A stretch of DNA of 53,617 nucleotides from an uncultured Muribaculaceae bacterium (GCA_964545885.1 CAZJHG010000005.1:1-53617), one strand, 5' to 3'; counted from the stretch's first letter, positions 38,659 to 48,009 are shown. The notes: generated by a model from the sequence alone, not told the origin. Program-made: numbers and translations.

Positions 38659-40965
38659 ATGGCGAACGTTGTAAAATATAATCGTGCTAATAAAAAGTCT
38701 GCTATTTCTAATATTTCTTCTTGTAACGAACAGATAGGAACAGTTAAGGAATATTTAAGTAGCTTTCATGATGATGCTGTTAGTGAATATTCCACTTGGA
38801 ATAATTATATTACTCCTATTACTCATTATGTTCTGGAAAATGGAGACGAGAAAACTCTTTATTATTCCAGATTTAATAATTGTACTTTTAGCACTTATAA
38901 TAGTGCATACAATAGTGCAGATCAAAGTTGTAGAAGATATAAAGATAATTTTACTTCTAAACTTTCATCATTTAGTGCAAAGTGTAACAAAATTTGTAAC
39001 AATGTTGAGACCTCATTAAAAAAAATTACTGATTGTTTAAATGCAATAGAAGTAGCAGCTGACGCATTTAATAATTCTAGTGTTAGTCTTTCTGATATTA
39101 TTGATAGTTTGGAAGGGGCTGGATTAGCTGATAATATTACGATTGAAACTAATGGAAATACTGAAATAGTTTATTATAATGTTTATGATAGTAATGGTGA
39201 ATTAGTTGGACGATTTACTATTGCAGAAATGGTTAACTCTTTTTATACATATGCGGGTTCTGCAATGTCTAGTGTTGTTTCGGCTAATGTATTAATAGAT
39301 GGGTATGACAATATGTCTGATGCAGAAAAAGATAGATATTTAAATAATCTAGTATCTGGTATTGGTAATAATGTTTATCAATTAATGGGTGCTGGTTTTA
39401 TGTCTGTAGCTGCTGAAGGAGATATAAAAGGATTATACGAAGCTGTGTATGGTAGTGGCACTTATGCTAGTTTAACTAGTGAATATGGTAGTTTATATGG
39501 AGACGATGATAATAACAAACTTAATTTATTAAGTTCGGCTGAAGTAGAAAAATGTGGTGGTTTCTTAACTGGTGGTGCTGCTATTGCGGCAAGTGCGGCA
39601 TATACATTAGGAGACAATTTATACTCTGATGAACAAGCTCAAGAAGCTAAGGAAAGAATAGCCGGATACGAAAATACAGCTAAGGATGAAAGTGAACCTG
39701 AGGTCGATGATGTGACTCCTTATACTGGTGATAGAGGTACCGGTGCTAAACCAACTCCTGACTATGGTGCAAGTGATGATGATATTGACACTTTAGAACC
39801 AGATGATAATTCAGATGCTGATGATATTTTAGATACTGATGATAAGGTTGATGAATTACCTGAAGAACCAGCAGAAGAAACTCCAAATGAGATGGATGAT
39901 AGAATAACTGAAGTTGTGGAAAGTTCTATTCCTGATACTCAAGAAGATTTAACATTGTCTAACGATGATATTGATGCAATGGCAAATGAAGAGTTCTTTA
40001 AAAATTATAATGGTGAGTCATTGACTGAACGTAGACAAGCTGATGTAGATGCGTTTGAAAATTTATATAATCAAGAAAATAAAGAAGAATTAGCTAATTT
40101 ATTTGAGGAGATAGGTTATTCTAGTGATGAAGTATCAGCTCTTATTGAAAATAAGGAACTTGGATTACAAGCTTATATGTTAAATTCTCAAAATAAGGAA
40201 ATGGCTGAAATAGCTAATAAGATTGCTGAGGATATGGGAGTAAATGATTTTGATACCGTATATGATGATGCTCCTAATTATAGTAATTTTAGTGATGGTG
40301 ATGTTCAAGCTGCATTGTCTGATATTTCTGGAAATGAATCTATTGCAGATGTAAAAAATAGCTTTGATACAGCTAAAAACTCATATATTGAATCTGTTTC
40401 AAAGGCAAATGATTCAATAGCTACTGCACAACAAGCTAAGACTAATTTAGAAACAGTAAAGGCCGAAATAGAGGCTCAGTCTGGTACTGATACAAATAAT
40501 TGGACTGATTCTCAAGTTGAAAAGTATAATAATGCAACACAATCTTATAATTCGGCAGTTGCTCAAGCAAATGAAGATGTCGCTGCAGCTGGAGAAGCTA
40601 AGAACAATTATATAGAAGCGAAGAATACTTACGAAGAAGCAAAAAATGAATTATATGATCAAATAAAAAAAGAAGTTCAAGGTAATGGTGGAGATGTTTC
40701 TTCGGATAATAATGAGAATGTTGAAAATAGTGGAACAGGTTCTTCTGATAGTGATATTATTGATGATTTCTTGAGTGCTACTAAGACAAGTGAAGATGTT
40801 AGTGATTCAAATAGTCAAGGACAAAATGATTATGACTCTGTTAACAATGCACAAGATAATAGTAACAATAGTAACAATAGTAACGATAATAGCAGTACTG
40901 AAAGTAATTCTTCAGAAGAAACTGAAAGTAATGATGATATTTTAAAACAATTTTTAGGTATGTAG
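38659..40965 (+). CDS. large acidic putative T7SS substrate (paralog of 45404-47539)
   Basis: Helical N-terminus, TIAEMVNSFYTY segment, GGAAIAA helix, D/E linker, conserved C-terminal helical domain, and tail motif D(I/L)(I/L)xxFL. Confidence 0.7.
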   Translation: MANVVKYNRANKKSAISNISSCNEQIGTVKEYLSSFHDDAVSEYSTWNNYITPITHYVLENGDEKTLYYSRFNNCTFSTYNSAYNSADQSCRRYKDNFTSKLSSFSAKCNKICNNVETSLKKITDCLNAIEVAADAFNNSSVSLSDIIDSLEGAGLADNITIETNGNTEIVYYNVYDSNGELVGRFTIAEMVNSFYTYAGSAMSSVVSANVLIDGYDNMSDAEKDRYLNNLVSGIGNNVYQLMGAGFMSVAAEGDIKGLYEAVYGSGTYASLTSEYGSLYGDDDNNKLNLLSSAEVEKCGGFLTGGAAIAASAAYTLGDNLYSDEQAQEAKERIAGYENTAKDESEPEVDDVTPYTGDRGTGAKPTPDYGASDDDIDTLEPDDNSDADDILDTDDKVDELPEEPAEETPNEMDDRITEVVESSIPDTQEDLTLSNDDIDAMANEEFFKNYNGESLTERRQADVDAFENLYNQENKEELANLFEEIGYSSDEVSALIENKELGLQAYMLNSQNKEMAEIANKIAEDMGVNDFDTVYDDAPNYSNFSDGDVQAALSDISGNESIADVKNSFDTAKNSYIESVSKANDSIATAQQAKTNLETVKAEIEAQSGTDTNNWTDSQVEKYNNATQSYNSAVAQANEDVAAAGEAKNNYIEAKNTYEEAKNELYDQIKKEVQGNGGDVSSDNNENVENSGTGSSDSDIIDDFLSATKTSEDVSDSNSQGQNDYDSVNNAQDNSNNSNNSNDNSSTESNSSEETESNDDILKQFLGM

Positions 40966-40983
40966 AATAATAGGAGGATTGAA

Positions 40984-41388
40984 ATGAAAGAAAAGTATTT
41001 ACCAATTGGAACAGTAGTTTTATTAAAAGGTGGAAGAAAAAGAGCTATGATTACTGGTTTCTGTTCTGTAGCTCAAGAAAATCAAGAAAAAATATATGAT
41101 TATAGTGGTTGTGTATATCCTGAAGGATATTTGAGTTCTAATCAAGTTTGTTTATTTGACCATGACCAGATTGAAAAAATATTCTTTTTAGGATATGAAG
41201 ATGAAGAAGAAAAGGCCTTTAAAGATAAACTAAATAAAATAGTTGCTTCTATTGAAGGTGGAGATAATTCTTCAGCTTCTGTTTCAAACGAAAGCATGGT
41301 TGATGAAAGTACTGGTACTGTTGCTTCTAATAATGTTGATGAAGAAACGGCTTCTTCTGGTACTTTTACGCCTTTTGCTAGTAATTAA
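40984..41388 (+). CDS. DUF4176 family T7SS accessory protein
   Basis: KYLPIGTVVLLKGG.K..MITG...YDYSGC.YPEG...CLFDH.QI.KI.F.GY. Confidence 0.92.
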   Translation: MKEKYLPIGTVVLLKGGRKRAMITGFCSVAQENQEKIYDYSGCVYPEGYLSSNQVCLFDHDQIEKIFFLGYEDEEEKAFKDKLNKIVASIEGGDNSSASVSNESMVDESTGTVASNNVDEETASSGTFTPFASN

Positions 41389-41461
41389 TTGATTTGGGTT
41401 GTTAATTTTTATTTATTTAAAAATTTAATGACAATAAAAAAAAATGATGTTATAATCATTG

Positions 41462-41534
41462 TTATAAGGGTATGATAATTGTTTAGGGGTGTTTGGAATA
41501 ATCAAGCATGTTTCTTTGATTTATATTCTTATAA
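41462..41534 (+). promoter_or_regulatory. putative structured 5' leader, copy 2
   Basis: Begins 5-6 nt after TG-T-TATAAT (41451-41456). TTATAAGGGTATGA pairs with TTATATTCTTATAA (41521-41534); inner stem AGGGG-TGTTTG / CAAGCA-TTTCT. Confidence 0.45.
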
Positions 41535-41556
41535 TAAATATTATGGAGGTGAAAAT

Positions 41557-41853
41557 ATGGCAAGTTCATTAATTATCGATACTGATTTAGTTAACACTTC
41601 TGGTAGTGGTATTAACGCTAGTGGTGTAAATTTCCAAAACGAAGTAGCAAGTTTTAAATCTCACGTTAGTGCAATTTTATCTATTTGGACTGGTGCTGAT
41701 GCTGATGAATTTGGGACTGTTGCTGAAGATGTAGCAGCTTTACTTGATAAAGCTTCTATTACTGTACAAGAAGTTGGTGAACATCTTGTTAACACAGCAA
41801 CTGCTATGGATCAAACAGTTGAAGAAAACAAAGGCAGAATGTCTGCTGTATAA
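41557..41853 (+). CDS. WXG100-family T7SS substrate
   Basis: True start ATG 41557 (GGAGGTG RBS). 98 aa with central ILSIWTGADADEF. Confidence 0.88.
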   Translation: MASSLIIDTDLVNTSGSGINASGVNFQNEVASFKSHVSAILSIWTGADADEFGTVAEDVAALLDKASITVQEVGEHLVNTATAMDQTVEENKGRMSAV

Positions 41854-41883
41854 GAATGAATATAAGAAAGGAAAGTGATTTCA

Positions 41884-42177
41884 ATGGCAGTTAATACTTT
41901 AGATTATGAATCATATAAAAGTGAGCATTCAGCTATTAATACATGCATCAATAATATTGAAGCTGAGTTGAATACTGCAAATACAAAATTAAATGAAGCT
42001 ACTGCTGATGCTTCAGGTCAATGGGCTTCTACTGATGTTGATGAATGGAATCAAATTTATAAAGATATAAACAGTAAGTTCGAAAGACTTCAAGCTTTAA
42101 TGCAAGCATCAGGAGTATCTGCAGAAGCTACACAAGCTACTGAAAGTGCTTATAGTGGTTTTACTACTTCTGCATAA
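41884..42177 (+). CDS. WXG100-like protein, WAS variant
   Basis: Start ATG 41884. 97 aa helical hairpin with central ASGQWASTDVDEW. Confidence 0.7.
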   Translation: MAVNTLDYESYKSEHSAINTCINNIEAELNTANTKLNEATADASGQWASTDVDEWNQIYKDINSKFERLQALMQASGVSAEATQATESAYSGFTTSA

Positions 42178-42212
42178 TTTTATGTACTACATTAAGTAGT
42201 ACATTGTAAATT
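42176..42212 (+). terminator. hairpin / terminator after the second WXG pair
   Basis: ATGTACTAC-ATTAA-GTAGTACAT core with outer AATTT/AAATT pairing. Confidence 0.55.
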
Positions 42213-42262
42213 ACTAAACACTTAGTGATTTACAATGGATTATTTAAAAAGGTGGTGTTTAT

Positions 42263-43219
42263 ATGGGCTGGGATTTTACAGCTGATAGCGATATACAAAA
42301 TAGCTTGGCTAGCAGTTTAGATACTGCAGCAGATAATTTTGATGAACGTGTTGATGCTTTGTATTCGGAAATTGATTCTATGGGCTCAAGTGGAAATTGG
42401 ATTGGAGAAGATTATGATGCTTTTAATACTGGTGTTCACGGATATGAAAGCGCTTTAGATGATTTGTCTGATGGAATTAGAATGTATGCAGAACATTTTA
42501 GAAAAATGTCCACCGGTACTGAAACTCTTGCTTCAGATTTAATTGCAATTGTTCAAAATTTGACTGGTACAGCAGGCGGTAGTAGTGGTACTGGCGGGTC
42601 CGGTGGTGGTACTGGTGGCGGAACTACCTCAGAAGGTGGAGATGGCTTAAACGCCATAAATGCCCCTGCTAATGATGGTCAGGGCTCTAGTGCTAATGGT
42701 GATAATAGTGTTGATGCAGTTGCTGAAACTGATGAACCGGGTTTCTGGGATAAATAGGGACAGAGATATGCCGATGATTGGGGCGAACTTTCGGGTTCAG
42801 TATCTGAACTTTGGTCTGGAGCTGATGGTTTATGGTCAGGTGTTGGTGCTGTAGTTGGCACTGTTGGAGAAGGTGCTTTATTTCTTGTGGATGGTGCTGT
42901 CGACACTCTTGAAACTGCTTCTGATATGATTGGTACTGGATGGAATTGGCTTTTAGATGCAGGTAATACAAGAGCTACTTCAGGAGGCTATGATTATTGG
43001 AGCACTGTTGGTGAAGATTTTGCTGAAAACTGGGATTTTTCAACTGCTGATAATTTTGCGGAAGGTGTTGGTGTAGCGCTTACAGGTACAGTTAGAACTG
43101 TGGTAGATGCTGCTCAACTTGTAGGAAATGTTGCTGTTGATGCAGTAGAAGTTGTAGGAGATGTTGCCGATACTGTTGTTGGTTGGGGGAAATCTCTTGT
43201 TAAATGGATATTTGATTAA
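42263..43219 (+). pseudogene. WXG100-domain putative effector interrupted by one in-frame TAG (42755-42757)
   Basis: N-terminal SGNWIGEDY domain and Gly/Thr linker. The frame stays open after the TAG (GQRYADDWGELSG...) and runs into ORF 42887-43219 in the same frame, giving 318 codons plus stop. Confidence 0.75.
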
Positions 43220-43239
43220 TATAGAAGGTGGTTGTTAAT

Positions 43240-43602
43240 ATGACAGAAAAAGATCGCAAGGTGCTTGGACTTGAAAGATGTGTTATTCTTCAGGCTATAG
43301 CTGAAAATTATTTGATTAGAACGAAAGGTAAGAAAATTTCTGATGAATATCCTGGATTAGAAGAAAAATATGGCGTTTTAGCTGATCAGCATATTCATTT
43401 GTTGAAGGAATTCCTTATGGATGAGTATAAAGCAAGAAATCTTGATTTGAATGAATGTATAGTGAAATCTGGTGAAAGTGTAATTCTTGAAGATAAATTA
43501 ACTGACTATGAGAAGAATGTTTTGATTAGGGAAGCTGATATTGTTTTGTTAACTTATTGCACTGTTGAAGATAGAAAAAAAGTATTTTTAAAAAATAAAT
43601 AG
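43240..43602 (+). CDS. small cytoplasmic hypothetical protein, candidate immunity factor
   Basis: Start ATG 43240 (GAAGGTGG RBS). Non-WXG protein directly after the putative effector; the function is positional inference only. Confidence 0.55.
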   Translation: MTEKDRKVLGLERCVILQAIAENYLIRTKGKKISDEYPGLEEKYGVLADQHIHLLKEFLMDEYKARNLDLNECIVKSGESVILEDKLTDYEKNVLIREADIVLLTYCTVEDRKKVFLKNK

Positions 43603-43620
43603 GTATTGGAGGTAAATAAT

Positions 43621-44940
43621 ATGGCTGATAGAACATTTAAATATGATGCCATTGCTGGTAGTTATCAAGAAATGAATAATATTAATAATGATATCGCTAC
43701 TATTTTAAGTGATATTAATCGAGAAGTAGAGAATAAGGTAAATGTGTGTGATGAAGCTATTTTTGGTGATTTAGGTAAGCAAATGTTACTCGATTGGGAT
43801 AATACATCTGCTAATTTTGATAGCTTCGTTAGTAAGTTTAATAATTGGTCTACCTTAGTTACTCAAGCCGCAGGTAATTATAGTCAGTTTGAATCAGATA
43901 TAAGTGGTTTTAAACAAGCTAATCCATTAGGTGTTACTAGTGGTGGAATTACTGATGCTTATACAAACACTGGTTTTTATTCTAATAGCTATTCCTTAGA
44001 TGAAATTAACCAATTATCTTCGTTGGCCCAATTTTATGAATTAACAGGTGCTACTTATGTTGATACTGGTATGGTATCTTTTGCTAAGAAAAATAAAATA
44101 TATAATATTGTAACTGATGGTCTTACTATAGTGTCTACTGCTTGTTCTGCCTTTGCTATATTTAAAGGTTTATCTGCTGCTTCCTCTACTGTAAGTGCTG
44201 CAAATAGTGCTGCTAGTGCTAGTGCAGAAACTGCTGCAAATTCAGCAGCGTTAAATTTAGCTAGTAAATCAGCTGGAGGTTTTGCATCAAGCAATTTAGC
44301 AAGAGCAGTTGGAGGAGGAAAAATTTTAAACTCTGGCTTTGTGTCTGGTTCTATTAAAGCCGCACAGAACGCTGCTATGACAGCTACTTGGTATGCAAAA
44401 TTTGCTGGTACGTATGCCGCTAATATTGCCAAAGGTACTATTGGTAGTTCCGCTTTTTGGAGTTCAGTTAATTCAGGCATTCAATCTGCTGGTTTGGCTA
44501 CTGGCGTAGTTGCTTCATCTTCTGGTGTGCTTTCTAGTATTGGTTATGCTATTGGTTCTAATTATGATCCTACTAAATATGCATCCGGTTATGAAAATTC
44601 CCTTATTGCTACGGGGACTTCTCTTACAATTGATAATCAAGATTATGTTTTTGTTGGATCAACTAGTAATGGTACTAATATATTTTCTAATGAAAATAAT
44701 GAAATATTCTATTATGGTGAAAATGGAATACAGCATGCTACAGTTACAAACTCTTCCGGTACTAACGTAAATGCTACTTTTGATAATATAGGTGGTCAAT
44801 TCCAATTGAATTTAGGTAATGAAGTAGTTACAGAAAATGATAGTTTGAATACTTCGTTTGATGTTACTTACGATGAATATTATGATTCAATTGCTAACGA
44901 TATTTCTACTCATCCAGATATTGTAGAAGAAAATAATTAG
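43621..44940 (+). CDS. putative T7SS effector with IFG-variant WXG-like N-terminal domain
   Basis: Start ATG 43621 (GGAGGT RBS). EAIFGDLGKQMLLDWDNTSANFDSFVSKFNNW, YSQFE (YxxxE), an Ala/Gly/Ser-rich hydrophobic core and a beta-rich C-terminus. Confidence 0.72.
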   Translation: MADRTFKYDAIAGSYQEMNNINNDIATILSDINREVENKVNVCDEAIFGDLGKQMLLDWDNTSANFDSFVSKFNNWSTLVTQAAGNYSQFESDISGFKQANPLGVTSGGITDAYTNTGFYSNSYSLDEINQLSSLAQFYELTGATYVDTGMVSFAKKNKIYNIVTDGLTIVSTACSAFAIFKGLSAASSTVSAANSAASASAETAANSAALNLASKSAGGFASSNLARAVGGGKILNSGFVSGSIKAAQNAAMTATWYAKFAGTYAANIAKGTIGSSAFWSSVNSGIQSAGLATGVVASSSGVLSSIGYAIGSNYDPTKYASGYENSLIATGTSLTIDNQDYVFVGSTSNGTNIFSNENNEIFYYGENGIQHATVTNSSGTNVNATFDNIGGQFQLNLGNEVVTENDSLNTSFDVTYDEYYDSIANDISTHPDIVEENN

Positions 44941-44956
44941 TTTAGGAGGAAAATAT

Positions 44957-45388
44957 ATGGGATATGTAACAAATAATGGTACCTATGTAGAGGATGATGG
45001 TACTACTACAAAAAAAACACTTTATTCTTGTAAACAAAAAGGGTTACAATATACTACTATTGGTGATGATATTAAATCTGACTTTGATTTTTTATTAAAA
45101 ACAGGTAGTATTGCTCAAAACTTGGATTCTATGTTAAAAGAGTTGAATATTGCTTCTAGTAATACTAGTGCTTTTCTCTTTGAAAATGGTAGCTCTGTTA
45201 ATTCTATTGATGAAGCTTATCAAGAAATTGAAACTGAAGTTGAAAAGTTAAAGGATTTATTACAGACTTTGCATGATGCTTTTATCACTGATATTGATAA
45301 TGTTAATGCTGAACTTGAAGTTAATTTTGGACATTGGATAGGAACAAAAGCTACTGCTGGTAGAACTGTTGTTACTGAAAATAAGTGA
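44957..45388 (+). CDS. helical hypothetical protein (putative Lap-type partner)
   Basis: 143 aa; two helices around SAFLFENG; directly upstream of a large substrate-like gene. Confidence 0.55.
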   Translation: MGYVTNNGTYVEDDGTTTKKTLYSCKQKGLQYTTIGDDIKSDFDFLLKTGSIAQNLDSMLKELNIASSNTSAFLFENGSSVNSIDEAYQEIETEVEKLKDLLQTLHDAFITDIDNVNAELEVNFGHWIGTKATAGRTVVTENK

Positions 45389-45403
45389 TAGGAGGTTATT
45401 TAT

Positions 45404-47539
45404 ATGGCAGTTGTAAAAATTAATAGTGCTGAACTTGAAGCTATTGAAGAACAAATTGTAAAAGCTAGAGAATATATAGATGATGCTGAGAGTGAATGGG
45501 GCGAAAATTTTGATAATTTGTATTATGCTTTTATAGAAAATGGTTTTTTAGATGATTTATACGAAGATGCAAAGAGTAATTATTATTCGTTAAAAAAATG
45601 GGGAAATGCTCTTTCGTGTACTGCTGGTGGAGCAATTCTTGGTTTGAATTTTGGACCTATTGGTGGAATTGTTGGTGCAGTTATTGGTGCAATTTTTGGT
45701 ATTACTATGGCAGTTATAACTGATCCTGTATGGCTAGAGTATTCTAAAGATGCTTTTATAAATTTACTTACTAATTGTTATTATGGTAATGATGATAGTT
45801 ATATTCAACTTGTTAATGTAGCGACGATGCTTTATAATTGTCAGGTATCTATGGAAAAAATTAAAACTTTAGTAAATGATTATCAGCAATTATATGCTAA
45901 TTTAAATGCTACTGCTGATGCTATGGGAGTAGTTACTACTTTAGCTAGTGATGGTACTACTGTTTTAAGTATTGATACTGAGGTAACAATTGATGGTCAA
46001 ACTGTTCAATTATCGACAAGTGAAGCTTTAAATGCTTTATATACTTATGAAAATGTTGTTATGTCTGCTGAATTTGAGGGTGAATATTTAGCTAGTTTGG
46101 GATATGAAGTTGATTTTAATTCAATTGTTTCAAACGCTAATTCATTTATGACAAGTACTATTTCTAGTGGATTATATTCTCATGAGTTTATTGAAGGAAT
46201 ATTACCTACTTATACTCCGGATTCTGATGCTGCTACTGATAATGTCGTTAATGCTTTAGAAATGGATGCTTCTGGTGTTCAATCATTACTAAATAGTGTA
46301 AGTAATTTAAATATTTTTCAAGGCTTGGGATTGGTTGGTGCTTCTATGCTAGCTGGTTCCGTTAGTAAACCTGCAGAAGATGATAATGGCTCTGATGGTG
46401 GAAATAACGGCGGAAATAACGGCGGAAATAACGGCGGAAATAACGGCGGAAATAATGGTGGGAATAATGGTGGAAATAACGGTGGAAATAACGGCGGAAA
46501 TAATGATAGCATCGATGATAAAGATGAAGAAGATAAAACTGTTGATATTAAGTTAACTGAATTGATTGAATTAGATATTCCTGATGCACTTGATGAATTA
46601 GCTATTGATGGTGAAGATATTGACGAGATGGCTAGAGAACTATTCTTTGAAAAGTATCAAGGTGCTGATTTGACTGCTCGTAGACAAGAAGATTATGATG
46701 CTTTTGAGTTATTATATAATAGAGATGATAAATCAGAATTAATTGCCTTATTTGAAGGTATTGGTTATGGTGCAGCTGAAGCTGTAGGACTTCTTACTGA
46801 TAAAGAAGTTGCTCTTCAAGCATATATTTTAAATTCTCAAAATAAAGAAATGTTAGAAATTGCAAATGGACTTGCAGCTGATTATGGAATAACAGATTTT
46901 AAATCTTCATATAGTGATGCTCCTGATTATCTTGATTTTGTTACTGGTGATGGACAGGCTGCATTGACTGATTATTCTAATAGTAAAGAAGTTGTAGAAG
47001 CTAAAACTGCTAGAAATGAAGCTAAAGAGGCTTATTCAAAAGCGGTTACTGATGCAAATGAATCTATTTCTAATGCTAATCAAGCTAAGAGTGATTTGGA
47101 AGCATTGAAAGCTGAAATTGAGAGTACTTCTGGTACTGATAGTTCTAAATGGACTGCAGAACAAGCTGAGAAATATAACGAGGCTGTTGATGCTTATAAT
47201 GAAGCTGTTCAAGAAGCTAATGATAAGATGGCTTTAGTTGATGAAGCTAAGGAAACTTATACTGAGGCTGTAGATTCTTATGAAGCTGCTAAAACTGAAT
47301 TTATTAATACTATAAAGAGACAAGTTCAAGAGGGTAATGGTTCTATTTTACCTGGTGAAGCTTTGATTGATTCTCCTGGTAGTTCATCTAATGGTGGTTC
47401 ATCTAGTGGTGGTTCTTCTAATGGAAACTCTTTTAGTGGTAGTACATTTGAGAGCTCTGATGCCTCAAGTGGTGACTCTAATAATGATACTAGTGATAGT
47501 GATTTAATTGGTGGCTTCTTGGATTTGGCTGGTAAATAA
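45404..47539 (+). CDS. large acidic putative T7SS substrate with a glycine zipper (paralog of 38659-40965)
   Basis: GGAILGLNFGPIGGIVGAVIGAIFG glycine zipper, (GGNN)9 linker, and a C-terminal domain closely matching that of 38659. Confidence 0.72.
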   Translation: MAVVKINSAELEAIEEQIVKAREYIDDAESEWGENFDNLYYAFIENGFLDDLYEDAKSNYYSLKKWGNALSCTAGGAILGLNFGPIGGIVGAVIGAIFGITMAVITDPVWLEYSKDAFINLLTNCYYGNDDSYIQLVNVATMLYNCQVSMEKIKTLVNDYQQLYANLNATADAMGVVTTLASDGTTVLSIDTEVTIDGQTVQLSTSEALNALYTYENVVMSAEFEGEYLASLGYEVDFNSIVSNANSFMTSTISSGLYSHEFIEGILPTYTPDSDAATDNVVNALEMDASGVQSLLNSVSNLNIFQGLGLVGASMLAGSVSKPAEDDNGSDGGNNGGNNGGNNGGNNGGNNGGNNGGNNGGNNGGNNDSIDDKDEEDKTVDIKLTELIELDIPDALDELAIDGEDIDEMARELFFEKYQGADLTARRQEDYDAFELLYNRDDKSELIALFEGIGYGAAEAVGLLTDKEVALQAYILNSQNKEMLEIANGLAADYGITDFKSSYSDAPDYLDFVTGDGQAALTDYSNSKEVVEAKTARNEAKEAYSKAVTDANESISNANQAKSDLEALKAEIESTSGTDSSKWTAEQAEKYNEAVDAYNEAVQEANDKMALVDEAKETYTEAVDSYEAAKTEFINTIKRQVQEGNGSILPGEALIDSPGSSSNGGSSSGGSSNGNSFSGSTFESSDASSGDSNNDTSDSDLIGGFLDLAGK
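46397..46504 (+). repeat. 12-bp coding tandem repeat x9 (GGNN)
   Basis: GG(C/T)GG(A/G)AATAA(C/T) repeated nine times over 108 bp. Confidence 0.95.
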
Positions 47540-47560
47540 TAAAATGGAGGGTTGTATAGT

Positions 47561-47998
47561 ATGGGAAAACTATTACCGATAGGTACAGTTGTTAGATTAA
47601 CAGATGGTAGCAAAAAGTTAATGGTTACAGGTTATTATTCAAAAGTACCTAATGAAAATAAAATATATACGTATAATGCTTGTGTTTTTCCTGAGGGATT
47701 TATGGAAAATACATTTTGCTTATTCGATGCAAACCAAATTGATGAGGTATTATATTTAGGTTTGGAAAATGATGATTTTAAACAATACCTTCAGAATCTT
47801 GATTCTAGATTCGATGTATCGTCCGGGGTTATTTCAGCTGATACTAGTATTGGTAGCTTAGGTGAAACTAAGAGAAGGGGACGTGTTCCAAAAGCTCCTA
47901 CTAAACCTTTATCTGCTTCTGAAATGCGTGCAAAATATGGGGTTAATAAAGTTTCTGGCAATCAATCTGAATCTGTAAACTCAAGTGATTTTGTTTAG
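47561..47998 (+). CDS. DUF4176 family protein with a basic C-terminal extension
   Basis: Start ATG 47561. LLPIGTVVRL.DG.KKLMVTGY...YTYNAC.FPEG...LFDA.QI.EV.YLG. Confidence 0.9.
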   Translation: MGKLLPIGTVVRLTDGSKKLMVTGYYSKVPNENKIYTYNACVFPEGFMENTFCLFDANQIDEVLYLGLENDDFKQYLQNLDSRFDVSSGVISADTSIGSLGETKRRGRVPKAPTKPLSASEMRAKYGVNKVSGNQSESVNSSDFV

Positions 47999-48009
47999 GA
48001 GTGGTTATG

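Noticed and set aside
28813-38768. Short ORF-track entries at 28813, 28896, 29223, 29832, 32469, 34028, 35497, 36774, 37558, 38414 and 38768
   Set aside because: They are off-frame or antisense by-products of low-complexity or codon-biased coding sequence.
42755-42757. Amber recoding (pyrrolysine or an alternative genetic code) to explain the in-frame TAG
   Set aside because: TAG is the genuine stop of conserved genes here (recX, ftsK, a DUF4176 gene), no other interrupted genes show it, and no pyl genes are visible.
42887-43219. Independent 110-aa gene starting at GTG 42887
   Set aside because: There is no convincing RBS, it starts mid-repeat, and it is in frame with the upstream WXG gene.
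46397-46504. 12-bp repeats as a possible CRISPR array
   Set aside because: The units are contiguous with no spacers, in frame within a CDS, and there are no cas genes.
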